NCBI GenBank assembly: GCA_963738025.1
Contig: CAVTWA010000004.1
Span: 470,042-534,041, forward strand
Length of the DNA: 64,000 bases
DNA from: an uncultured Acidobacteriota bacterium
GTDB taxonomy: Bacteria > Acidobacteriota > Terriglobia > 20CM-2-55-15
Direction of reading: 5' to 3'
Under the pieces are notes generated by a model. The model ran no database searches and was not told where the DNA came from. It saw nothing but the letters and a program-made list of their open reading frames with translations. Of the stretch, positions 1 through 8,825 are shown piece by piece (positions within the stretch are counted from its first letter, which is position 1; each line of letters starts with the position of its first letter). The translations under genes and the position numbers were made by a program.

Positions 1-1016
1 TCTTCGTTCGAAATCACCCATCATACCGGCAGCATTCAACTCTCAAAGAAGCCTTCCATGGAAAACGGCGGATCCGCGCCTACATCCGGCTCTGCTGGAA
101 CGCGCCCGCTTTGGCGCGATTGGTTGCAACAGGCATTCCGCTGGAAGAGAAACGGTTTCGCGCCGACTCCCTTTTGCACTTCTGGCTGGGAGTCCGCGAT
201 TCGGGAATTGCCTGGACCGAATTGCAGCACCTGTTCGCAACGCGAGTGCTGATTCTTGCTTATCACGATGTGCCCACGAAGCTCGATCCCCGAAGCTGGC
301 TCGATGTCAGCCAATCCGCGTTCACGAAACAGATGAAGTTGCTGGAACGGCTCGGTTATAAGGCCATCCGGTTCCGTGATTTTGTTTCATGGAAGCAGGA
401 GGGAACGCCATTGCCGCAGCGCGCGTTGATCCTGACCTTTGATGACGGTTACCAGAGTTTTTCAAGTTTCGTTGCGCCGCTGTTAAAGCAAAAGAATCTT
501 CCAGCCTGCGCATTCCTCAGCACATCGATGGTCGGCCGGCACAATACATGGGATGAAGGAAATCATTATCAAATCAAGAATCTGATGACCTGGGAAGACA
601 TACAACGACTCGAAGAGCAGATAGAATTCGGCGGCCATGGAGCGCATCATCTCGATCTGACGCTGATTCCGGGGCCGGAAGCTGAAAAGGAAATCGAAGA
701 GTGCGCAAAAGCGCTGCAATCCCGCGGATGCGCGCTTCATGCATTTTCGTATCCCTATGGATCCGTGCCGCCCGGCACACTTGTCGCCGCTCTTCAGGAT
801 TGTGGATTCCAGTACGCAGTAACAACGGAAGAGGGATTCAATACCATCGATACCGATTTGTTTCATCTGAAGCGAGTTTTGATCGAGGCTCGGGACGATT
901 CGGTTCAATTCCGGTTTAAAGTCAGGTTTGGAAAAACCATGATGGCGAGACCCAGAAGATGGGTACGTCACAGCAGACAGAGATTTTCCAGGAAATCCCA
1001 ACCGGACAGTATATGA
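1..1016 (+). CDS. Polysaccharide deacetylase (NodB/CE4) domain protein, 5'-truncated by the window; probably the C-terminal part of a glycosyltransferase-deacetylase fusion
   Basis: Frame is open from base 3. CE4 motifs ILAYHDV, LTFDDGY, GGHGAHH and FSYPYG are present. Stop overlaps the next start (ATGA). Confidence 0.85.
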   Translation, partial: FVRNHPSYRQHSTLKEAFHGKRRIRAYIRLCWNAPALARLVATGIPLEEKRFRADSLLHFWLGVRDSGIAWTELQHLFATRVLILAYHDVPTKLDPRSWLDVSQSAFTKQMKLLERLGYKAIRFRDFVSWKQEGTPLPQRALILTFDDGYQSFSSFVAPLLKQKNLPACAFLSTSMVGRHNTWDEGNHYQIKNLMTWEDIQRLEEQIEFGGHGAHHLDLTLIPGPEAEKEIEECAKALQSRGCALHAFSYPYGSVPPGTLVAALQDCGFQYAVTTEEGFNTIDTDLFHLKRVLIEARDDSVQFRFKVRFGKTMMARPRRWVRHSRQRFSRKSQPDSI

Positions 1017-2008
1017 GTTCCGGAAAGCCCGGCATCAGCGTCATCATCACCGCATACAACTATGCAGAGTTTCTACCTGCATGCATACAATCGGCCCTGA
1101 ACCAGGATTACCCGGCCGATGCATTTGAAATCATCGTGGTCAATGATGGATCGTCTGATTTCACAATGGATGTCCTGAAAAGATTCGAAGGAAAGATTGT
1201 GCAGATCGATCAATCCAACCAGGGGCAGGCAGTGGCGGTCCTGACAGGCATTAACGCAAGCAGCGGAGAAATCGTGGCATTCCTGGATCCCGATGATGTG
1301 TGGTTTCCATACAAACTTCGCCGATGCATTCCCGAATTTGCCGATCCGGAAGTGGGAATGGTTCAACACCAGATGAACCTTTACGAAAACGGCATTGCAA
1401 CCAAAAGGATGCTGAGAGAATCCCTGAACCGCGGATGGGTCCGCCAGGACGCTCTCACGTCTCGCTACCATTACATGCCCACCAGCGCGCTTCTGTTTCG
1501 GAAGAGCCTCCTGCGCAAATTTCTTCCGGCTCCGGCTCAAATGAAGACCGGTGGATGTGACAGCTATTTCGCCGTGCTCGCGGCACTTTGCTGCAAGATC
1601 GCCTCAGTAGATGAAGCCCTGGGGATCTACAATATTCATTCGCGCAATGCGTTCTTCGACAATTTCACAACGGAATCGCTGGTTGCACAGCTGCAGGTTG
1701 TAGAGGAAGTCTTTCGTCGCGCCGCTGAGCTGGCCGCTTCCGAAAAAATCGCGCTTCCGCCGGATTTCGACCGTTATCAATTCGCCGAGTATCCTGTTTC
1801 CCGAAGGATCGAACTGGCGCGACAATCGCACCGTTACCTTCAAATTCCCTCATTGATTCTGAAGTACATCCGGCGCTATGCCGTTCCGGAATACGGCTGG
1901 GGCCTTGCATTGCTTCAGAACGTCGCTCGGATGACGCTCCGCGCATTCGTTCCTCCTGCCTTATACAAGCGTGCCCGGTTCGAATTGCGAAAAGGACGGA
2001 ATCGATAA
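1013..2008 (+). CDS. Glycosyltransferase family 2
   Basis: ISVIITAYN, VVNDGSSD and FLDPDD (DxD-type) motifs. ATG at 1013 is coupled to the upstream stop. Confidence 0.9.
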   Translation: MSSGKPGISVIITAYNYAEFLPACIQSALNQDYPADAFEIIVVNDGSSDFTMDVLKRFEGKIVQIDQSNQGQAVAVLTGINASSGEIVAFLDPDDVWFPYKLRRCIPEFADPEVGMVQHQMNLYENGIATKRMLRESLNRGWVRQDALTSRYHYMPTSALLFRKSLLRKFLPAPAQMKTGGCDSYFAVLAALCCKIASVDEALGIYNIHSRNAFFDNFTTESLVAQLQVVEEVFRRAAELAASEKIALPPDFDRYQFAEYPVSRRIELARQSHRYLQIPSLILKYIRRYAVPEYGWGLALLQNVARMTLRAFVPPALYKRARFELRKGRNR

Positions 2009-2070
2009 GCCACGAATTAAACGAATTGAACGAATTTAAATCCGTTCAATCCGTTCAATCCGTGGCTTAT
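2005..2070. repeat. Family-1 palindromic repeat (ATAAGCCACG...CGTGGCTTAT with 9-bp internal units)
   Basis: ataagccacg-aattaaacg-aattgaacg ... ccgttcaat-ccgttcaat-ccgtggcttat. Contains the TAA stop of the GT2 gene. Confidence 0.9.
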
Positions 2071-2142
2071 TTACCCGGTCTATCACGAAATTTCGCCCGC
2101 GCGTCTGCGCCAACCACTTGAATTCTCTCGAATTACTACGGG

Positions 2143-2158
2143 TGGCACGTATTTTGCA
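2143..2158 (+). promoter_or_regulatory. Sigma-54 (-24/-12) promoter candidate
   Basis: TGGCAC-GTATT-TTGCA matches the TGGCAC-N5-TTGC consensus, 23 bp upstream of the 2182 start. Confidence 0.65.
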
Positions 2159-2181
2159 TGGCATAACGTAGGAGTAGACCC

Positions 2182-2716
2182 GTGCGAATTTTAAAAATAC
2201 TTATCCTTTGTGTCTTTGTGATGATTCCGTTGGCCGTGCTCGCGCAGGACATCAAGAGCGATTACGACCACACGACGGATTTTTCAAAATACAAAACCTT
2301 CACCTGGATCAAGCAACCGAAAACTCAAAATCCATTGATGCAGCAGCGCATCATCGATGCCGTCAACACGCAGCTGGAGGCAAAAGGATTGCGCCTTGTT
2401 TCAGGGAACGCCGATCTGGGCGTTTCTGCAAACGCTGCTACTAAAGAGGAGCAGACTCTCAACAGTTTCTACAACGGGTTCAACGGCTGGGGCTGGCATC
2501 GCTATTGGGGGCCGGAAACGGTGACAGTCGAAACCTATGAGGTCGGAACGCTGGTTGTCGACCTGTTCGATACGCCAGACGAAACAGGTGAAATGGTGGG
2601 GCGCAGCCAGCGACACCATCTCCGATAATGCGGAGAAAAATACCAAGAAGCTCAATGAAGCCGTCGAAAAAATGTTCAAACATTTTCCGCCGAAGGGCGA
2701 GCCAAAGACGGATTAA
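2182..2716 (+). CDS. DUF4136-family secreted protein, with a +1 frameshift near 2575
   Basis: Signal peptide, then DYD..DFSKYKTF and GTLVVDLFD motifs. The shifted frame continues QTKQVKWWGAASDTISDNAEKNTKKLNEAVEKMFKHFPP to TAA at 2716. Confidence 0.8.
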
Positions 2717-2745
2717 TCCATAACTAATAAAAGGGGGGAACCATT

Positions 2746-3030
2746 ATGAAACTCATTACCAGATACCTGGGTTCTATTCTTGTGGCAGGAACACTACTGG
2801 TGCCGGTCGGAGCTATCGCTCAAGACCGCGATCACCCTCAAGACCAGACGCATCGTTACTACGACCGCGACCATAAGGACTATCACGAATGGTCCGATCG
2901 GGAAGACCACGCGTATCGAGAGTGGCTGCGGGAACAGCATCGGGATTATCGAGACTACTCCAAGCTGAGCCAGAAGCAACAACGCGCGTACTGGAACTGG
3001 CGGCATGAGCATCCGGAGCAGTTCCGGTAA
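2746..3030 (+). CDS. Small secreted R/D/H/Y/W-rich hypothetical protein
   Basis: Purine-rich RBS, signal peptide ending AIA-Q, and repeated YYDRDHKDYHEW-like segments. Confidence 0.75.
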   Translation: MKLITRYLGSILVAGTLLVPVGAIAQDRDHPQDQTHRYYDRDHKDYHEWSDREDHAYREWLREQHRDYRDYSKLSQKQQRAYWNWRHEHPEQFR

Positions 3031-3036
3031 GTTGCT

Positions 3037-3131
3037 TGCAGGCGTGGTCTGTGACCTATGTGGCCAAGGCAGGATAAACCTGGTTTGGTACAACGTGGGT
3101 GGACCGGTCCCCGCCTAAGTAAGGCGGGGAC
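3037..3131 (-). repeat. Short, diverged copy of the composite REP/hairpin element
   Basis: REP-like end tgcaggcgtggtctgtgacc, a linker remnant (ctggtttgg...ggtggacc), and the hairpin gtccccgcctaagtaaggcggggac. Confidence 0.7.
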
Positions 3132-3206
3132 TGCAGACACTCAAACCGCGGCGATACCGCGCCTATTTCCTTGATTCGAGGTAAAGCGGTGAAAATACAG
3201 TCCCGG

Positions 3207-3274
3207 CCGCCAAATGACTAATTCGGGAGAAATGGTCAATTCTCAATGGTCAATCGTCATTAGTCATTTGGCGG
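3207..3274. repeat. 16-bp inverted repeat with AATG(A/G)(C/T)(T/C)AAT short units, overlapping the 3' end of the 3264 gene
   Basis: ccgccaaatgactaat (3207-3222) pairs with attagtcatttggcgg (3259-3274); aatggtcaat occurs twice in between. Confidence 0.75.
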
Positions 3275-4254
3275 GTTTGAACAGTTTGTTGTAATCGACG
3301 TTGGCGTCGCAAACGAACTCTTCGACCCACTCCTCTTCGGGGCGGTAGGCAAACGTCCGGGTCGGGATGACCCAGGGACCGACCCACACGTTGGGATCTT
3401 CGACCGTCACGTCATATTGAAGACTACCGTTGTCGAGCCGTTTGAAATGCTCGACCACATGCAAATCCTGGGTGTGCATGAAGCCGTGGACTTCCGTCTT
3501 GTCGTTGAAGCCGATCGAGTCCACGACTAACGTGTCTCCTTCCCAGCGGCCAACGGCGTTGCCCATCCAGGTGGGGATCCGGATCGATAGCCTGCGGCCG
3601 GCCATCCAGCGGAATCATTCGTATCGCATTCGGATATTCGAATATCTGAACAATCAGCTTTGGCGTCTGAACGATCTGGAAGGGATACGGCGTGATGTAG
3701 GTTTGCGGGATCCCGAGCGGCTTGCAATCCGTGCCCAATGTCGTCCTGCCGCGAACGTCGTTCGGCCCGCGCACGATGACAAATTTTTCGGCGCCCGGTT
3801 TCACGGCTGGAGCCTTTGCGCCGGCGGGAAGTCCGGCAAAGTTGTAGACGCCGGTGAGATCGGGCTTTCCGTCCGGCATCCGGAAGTTTTTCGAATTCGC
3901 ATTGCCGGCCGAAGCTGGTACCGGCCTGGCGACGGGAGCACCGGCAACCGTCACCGTCACTGTTTTGGAGGGTCCGTTACGCAGCGACAGGGTGTACGTT
4001 GTCGTTGCAGCGGGCGTCACTTGCCTGCTTCCGCGGGGAATGACCGGCCCGACCTCCTGGTCGATGGAAACTCCCGACGGATTCTCCGTGCTCCACACCA
4101 GCAATGCAGACTCTCCAGGCCTGATCGAAGTCGGCCGCACCTCGAATGAAACGATGCGCGGTTCGGGAGCGGCGCCTCGGGCTCCCCTTCCCTGTTGCGC
4201 GAGAGCGGTTGAGGCAATCGCCATGCTAAGCATCAGGCTGAGTACAGTTTTCAC
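3264..4254 (-). CDS. Secreted protein: Ig-like domain plus conserved 'GKPDLSG...GRWEGDTLVVD...EFVC' domain; +1 frameshift near 3575
   Basis: GTG start at 4254 with GGAGGT RBS and a signal peptide. Removing one base from the G4 run at 3573-3576 restores DPDPTWMGNAVGRWEGDTLVVDS, collinear with the paralog at 4847-5851. Confidence 0.8.
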
Positions 4255-4414
4255 GGGACCTCCTGCAGTATTCGCGTACGTCGCGGCTGTTTCCTGTCGC
4301 ATCCAAGGTAAGTGGAAAGGACTATACGAAAACTCGTACCCTGTGGCAACATTGCTGTCGATTCAGGGAATCCATCCAAAAATTCGAGTTTGCATGGAAT
4401 ATCGGAGGCTAAAG

Positions 4415-4786
4415 ATGAAGTGGCAACTGGTGATCGTACTGGCAGCGTTTTGCCTGCTAATCAGCGTAGGCCCGGTGACTGCGCACCATTCGACGGCGAT
4501 GTACGACAACGAGCATCCGGTCACCGTCACGGGCATGGTGAAGAAATTCGATTGGACCAATCCGCACGCCTTCGTGTTCCTCGAAGTGAAAGATCAAAAG
4601 GGCAACGCGGTCGAGTGGGAAGTGGAAATGATGAGTCTGAATCATCTCCGGTCTTATGGCTGGACCAGTAAAACCGTGAAACCGGGCGACATGATTTCCT
4701 GCACCGGATCGCCGGCAAAAAGCGGTGCGCCCTCGATGATCAGCAATCGCATGAAGCTGGCGGACGGCCGAGAAATCAAATCGTAA
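4415..4786 (+). CDS. DUF6152-family secreted protein
   Basis: GGAGG RBS; signal peptide followed by HHSTAMYD; WTNPH and W.VEM motifs. Confidence 0.85.
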   Translation: MKWQLVIVLAAFCLLISVGPVTAHHSTAMYDNEHPVTVTGMVKKFDWTNPHAFVFLEVKDQKGNAVEWEVEMMSLNHLRSYGWTSKTVKPGDMISCTGSPAKSGAPSMISNRMKLADGREIKS

Positions 4787-4794
4787 AGGCAGGA

Positions 4795-4837
4795 ATTAGC
4801 CACGGATTGAACGGATTTAACGGATTCAAATCCGCGG
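4795..4837. repeat. Family-1 palindromic repeat, partial copy
   Basis: attagccacg-gattgaacg-gatttaacg-gattcaaatccgcgg. Confidence 0.8.
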
Positions 4838-4846
4838 GAGGTTTGC

Positions 4847-5851
4847 TTGAAAACCACAGTTATGCTGGTGTTGGCTTTTGCAGGTCTGAGCTCCGGACTG
4901 CAGGCGCAAGGCCGCGGAAACGCCAGGCCGCAGCCGGCGCCGCGCGTCGTCTCGTTTGAAGCGAAGCCGGCTTCGATCAAGCCTGGAGAAACGACGCAAT
5001 TGCTGTGGAGCACCGAGAATCCCACCGGGTTGACGATTGACCCTGGTATCGGGCCCGTCACGCCGCGCGGCAGCAGGCAGATCAAGCCCGCTGCCACGAC
5101 AACCTACACATTGAGCATGCGCGGACCGAACAACACGCCGATCACCAGCACAGTGACCGTCATGGTTGCGGGCACCACTGCGGTGAACGCGGTTGCCTCG
5201 GATCAGCCCGTTAACAAAGGGATCCCGCGAACTGCGGACGGCAAACCCGACTTTTCGGGCGTTTACGCGTTCGGCGGCGGTGGCCGTGGAGCCCGCGGCG
5301 GCGCGGGTGGCGGTCCCCAGTTGAAACCCGGCGCGGAGAAGTACAAGGTCGATCGCGGACCGCAGGATGTCGGACGAACTGCGGATTGCATGCCGCTCAG
5401 TCCTCCGGACGCGTTCGGGGTGCCGTATCAATTTCAGATCGTTCAGAACAAGGACACCCTTGTCCTGATGCATGAATATCCCGGAACTTTCCGCATTATT
5501 CCGCTCGATGGCGAACCGCATCAGCCCGATCCGGATCCGGCGTGGCTGGGCGACTCTGTCGGACGATGGGAAGGCGACACGCTGGTCGTCGATACCATCG
5601 GATACAACGACAAAACCGAAGTAAGCGGATTTAAACATTCCGACGCGCTTCATACCGTCGAACGCCTGACTCGCACCGAAGACGGCTTCCAGTACGAGGT
5701 GAAGATCGAGGATCCGGATGTTTTCGTCGCCCCCTGGACGGAGACCCGGACATACAAACTCAATGTTCCGCCGCTGAAACGGATCATGGAGTTCGTCTGC
5801 GAGAATAATCGCGATTACAAGCCGCTGTTCGGGGCAGACAAGAAGAATTAG
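4847..5851 (+). CDS. Secreted protein: Ig-like domain plus conserved 'GKPDFSG...GDSVGRWEGDTLVVD...EFVCENN' domain (intact paralog of 3264-4254)
   Basis: TTG start with GGGAGG RBS and a signal peptide. Ig-like segment SIKPGETTQLLWSTEN...TTTYTL; two conserved Cys; HSDALHTVER. Confidence 0.85.
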   Translation: MKTTVMLVLAFAGLSSGLQAQGRGNARPQPAPRVVSFEAKPASIKPGETTQLLWSTENPTGLTIDPGIGPVTPRGSRQIKPAATTTYTLSMRGPNNTPITSTVTVMVAGTTAVNAVASDQPVNKGIPRTADGKPDFSGVYAFGGGGRGARGGAGGGPQLKPGAEKYKVDRGPQDVGRTADCMPLSPPDAFGVPYQFQIVQNKDTLVLMHEYPGTFRIIPLDGEPHQPDPDPAWLGDSVGRWEGDTLVVDTIGYNDKTEVSGFKHSDALHTVERLTRTEDGFQYEVKIEDPDVFVAPWTETRTYKLNVPPLKRIMEFVCENNRDYKPLFGADKKN

Positions 5852-5854
5852 CGG

Positions 5855-6241
5855 GTGCAGCCCGTCATCGAGTCCATCCACCTGGTCGGCGTGGCGCTTC
5901 TGGTCGGCACGATCGCTCTGGTCGATCTTCGGCTTCTGGGGCTTGGACTTCGGCATTTGAAGCCTGTGTCCGTGGCCGCGACGCTGGCACCCTGGACCTG
6001 GGCTGGAGCGCTTACGGTCTTGATCACCGGTCCGCTACTGTTCTGGATGGACTCCACGCGATATCTGAAGAATCCAGCCTTTCTTTTGAAGATGGTCCTG
6101 CTGGGCGCCGCGGTTGTCACTCACTTCACAATTCACCGCTCCCATGCAGGACGCGAAAAGCTCGCCGCGGTGGTGTCGCTTGTGTTGTGGAGTTGTGTGG
6201 TGCTGGCCGGCCGGGCGATCGCGGACTTCGATGTTTATTAA
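5855..6241 (+). CDS. DUF6644-family membrane protein
   Basis: ESIHLVG, DLRLLG and AFLLKM motifs; four hydrophobic segments. Confidence 0.75.
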   Translation: MQPVIESIHLVGVALLVGTIALVDLRLLGLGLRHLKPVSVAATLAPWTWAGALTVLITGPLLFWMDSTRYLKNPAFLLKMVLLGAAVVTHFTIHRSHAGREKLAAVVSLVLWSCVVLAGRAIADFDVY

Positions 6242-6271
6242 TTCGTTCAATTCGTTCAATTCGTGGCTTAT
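6237..6271. repeat. Family-1 palindromic repeat, right half
   Basis: attaattcgttcaattcgttcaattcgtggcttat; contains the TAA of the upstream gene. Confidence 0.8.
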
Positions 6272-6280
6272 TCTGCCTCC

Positions 6281-6649
6281 GTGAATCTAAGCCAGATCAT
6301 CAGCCACTCGATATGGGGATACCCCATCGTGAGCGCGCTTCATGTGCTCGGCATGGCTCTGTTTGGCGGGACCGTGCTTGTCACCGATCTGCGCCTCCTG
6401 GGAGTCACGACCGAATTACGGGGCTGGCGATGGATCGGCTTCATGGTCGTGGCACTCACGGGAGTGCTTCTGTTCGTCTCCAGCCCCGTCCGCTATTGGG
6501 CCAGCGCCTTCTTCCGACTGAAGATGTTGCTGCTGATCCTGCTGGGCGTCATTGCCCTGCTCTTTCCGCGGGCGCGGTTTGCCGCATATCTCTCGCTGAC
6601 GCTGTGGATCGCGGTCATCTTTGCGTCCCGCGGTATCGCCTTCTTCTGA
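6281..6649 (+). CDS. DUF6644-family membrane protein
   Basis: YPIVSALHVLG, DLRLLG and FFRLKM motifs. GTG at 6281 preferred because the 6263 start lies inside the repeat. Confidence 0.75.
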   Translation: MNLSQIISHSIWGYPIVSALHVLGMALFGGTVLVTDLRLLGVTTELRGWRWIGFMVVALTGVLLFVSSPVRYWASAFFRLKMLLLILLGVIALLFPRARFAAYLSLTLWIAVIFASRGIAFF

Positions 6650-6694
6650 TATGCTGCGCGGCAAATTTGCATGCAGAGGTAAAGGAACGCGTCA

Positions 6695-7192
6695 ATGATG
6701 GATGTTTTGCTCAAAATCCAGGAGAGCGGTTTTTCCCAATGGGTGCGCGAATCCGAATCGCTCTTCGCTTTCGCCGGCATTCTCCTTGTTCATACGATCG
6801 GAATGGGCTTCGTCGTCGGCGTGAATGCCACCATGGATATCCGGATCCTGGGGTTCGCTCCGGCAGTACGTCTCTCGGCCCTGCAAAAGTTCTTTCCCGT
6901 TTTATGGCTCGGCTTCTGGATGAATGCGATCACCGGAACCATTCTGCTGGGCGCAGACGCCGTCAACAAAATGAGGAATCCGGATTTCTACGTGAAGATG
7001 GTCTTCATTGCGCTTGCCATCGTGAATCTTCGAATGCTGAATAAACAGGTATTTCAGGACCCGCTGATCGATAAGGTCCCTCCTTCGGCGCGAGCGAAAA
7101 TCCTCGCCGTCACCTCGCTGTTGTTCTGGCTGGGTGCGATCACGTCGGGACGGTTGCTCGCCTATGTTGGTCCCGGAAGCGGAGTGAAATAG
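6695..7192 (+). CDS. DUF6644-family membrane protein
   Basis: S.FSQWVRES, VHTIGMG, DIRILG, FYVKM and GRLLAY motifs. Confidence 0.8.
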   Translation: MMDVLLKIQESGFSQWVRESESLFAFAGILLVHTIGMGFVVGVNATMDIRILGFAPAVRLSALQKFFPVLWLGFWMNAITGTILLGADAVNKMRNPDFYVKMVFIALAIVNLRMLNKQVFQDPLIDKVPPSARAKILAVTSLLFWLGAITSGRLLAYVGPGSGVK

Positions 7193-7200
7193 GAGAGCCG

Positions 7201-8133
7201 ATGAATTCTGTTCATATCCATCTCTTATTGAATCACTTTCCAACGATCGGGTTCTGTATCGGGCTCGCCTTGTTCGTCATCGCGCTGCTGCGAAGGAGTC
7301 TAGACCTGCAGCAGGCAGGCCTGGTGATCTTCTTTGTGACGGCAGCTTTGACCATCGCCACGTATGTCAGCGGAAACGATGCACAGGAAATGATTCGAGA
7401 TTCGGGCAACTTTCCGGAATCTCTCGTGAAAGCGCACGAAAGCGCTGCGCTGATCGCATTCGTGTTCATGCAGGCGACAGGCTTTTTCGCATGGCTCGGC
7501 TTATGGATGATGCGGCGGCTGTCGCGGATCGCGAATTGGAATCTGGCAATCGTTCTGCTCCTCGCGCTCGTCACCTTTGGTCTGATGGCGCGGGCCGCCG
7601 ATTTGGGCGGTGAAATCCAGCACACCGAGATTCAGAATGGACCGGCGATCCCACCGGACGCAGATCGTCCGACATTGGCGCGGTCCTGGGCCGTTTTCGT
7701 GGAGAATAACTCCTGGGTCTGGCCGACCTGTGAAACAGTCCATTTCATAGGTCTCTCGATGCTGTTCGGCGTGGTGTTAACACTGGATTTGCGAATGCTC
7801 GGTGTCGGCAAAAACGCCCTATCTTTTGCTGCGCTTTATCAATTGCTGCCGCTGGGCATGCTGGGATTCACGATGAATCTCATAACCGGCATGATGTTTT
7901 TCGTCGCAATGCCCAAACAGTACACGGGTTTTCTGTTTTTTTTGAAAATGATGCTGGTGGTGTTCGGCGCTCTCAACGTCCTTTATTTCATGTTGTGTAA
8001 AGAACCATGGACGGTCACCGAAGGAGATGACGCTGGAATACTGACAAAGCTCGTCGCCGCCTCGGCGATCGTCATCTGGATTGCCGTTTTGTTCTGTGGC
8101 CACATGCTGCCCTGGCTCGGCAATTCGTTTTAA
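7201..8133 (+). CDS. Fused membrane protein: His-rich DUF2231-like N-domain plus DUF6644 C-domain
   Basis: N-half has HIHLLLNHFP, AHESAA and GGEIQHTEI. C-half has WPTCETVHFIG, DLRMLG and FFLKM. Confidence 0.7.
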   Translation: MNSVHIHLLLNHFPTIGFCIGLALFVIALLRRSLDLQQAGLVIFFVTAALTIATYVSGNDAQEMIRDSGNFPESLVKAHESAALIAFVFMQATGFFAWLGLWMMRRLSRIANWNLAIVLLLALVTFGLMARAADLGGEIQHTEIQNGPAIPPDADRPTLARSWAVFVENNSWVWPTCETVHFIGLSMLFGVVLTLDLRMLGVGKNALSFAALYQLLPLGMLGFTMNLITGMMFFVAMPKQYTGFLFFLKMMLVVFGALNVLYFMLCKEPWTVTEGDDAGILTKLVAASAIVIWIAVLFCGHMLPWLGNSF

Positions 8134-8143
8134 GATTTTCAAG

Positions 8144-8818
8144 ATGTTTCCCGATGTTACTCCTGCCGTTCGTGCGGATCTTGCCCCCACGGGCAAGCTG
8201 CGTGCAGGCATCAATTACGGCAACTTCGTCCTTGCTGCAAAAGATCCCGGGACAGGTGAACCGCGGGGTATCGCGCCGGAATTGGCCCGGGGAATCGCCG
8301 CGCGCCTGGATGTTTCCGTGGAGTTCGTCACTTTCGAAACTGCCGGGCACATGGCGGACGCAGTGAAAACCGGGGCATGGGACATCGCATTCCTCGCCAA
8401 CGAGCCGGAACGCGCCAGTGAAATTCTGTTCACGCCGCCGTACCTGGAAATCGAAGCCGGTTATCTGGTGCCTCCGGGATCTCCCATTCAAGATGTTGCG
8501 GAAGTGGACAGCCCCGGTATCCGCATTGGTATCGCGACGAAAAGCGCCTACGACTTGTTTCTGACCCGCGCGCTTCGCCACGCGATGCTGTTGCGAGCGA
8601 CCGGGATGGCGGGTTCGTACGCTCTGTTCGTCAACGACAGACTCGATGCGCTCGCGGGAATAAAGCCATGGCTGGCCATGATGGTCGAGAAGATCCCGGG
8701 ATCACGCATGCTCGACGGCCGCTTCATGGCGGTACAACAGTGCATCGGCACGCCCCGCGGCCGGGATGCCGGCGCCAGGTTCCTCAACGAATTCGTGGAA
8801 GAAACGCGGCGGCGGTAA
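8144..8818 (+). CDS. Type-2 periplasmic-binding-fold substrate-binding protein (amino-acid ABC type), no signal peptide
   Basis: DLAPTGKLRAGINYGN, WDIAFLA..PERA and KSAYDLFLTR motifs. Confidence 0.8.
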   Translation: MFPDVTPAVRADLAPTGKLRAGINYGNFVLAAKDPGTGEPRGIAPELARGIAARLDVSVEFVTFETAGHMADAVKTGAWDIAFLANEPERASEILFTPPYLEIEAGYLVPPGSPIQDVAEVDSPGIRIGIATKSAYDLFLTRALRHAMLLRATGMAGSYALFVNDRLDALAGIKPWLAMMVEKIPGSRMLDGRFMAVQQCIGTPRGRDAGARFLNEFVEETRRR

Positions 8819-8825
8819 ACACGCC

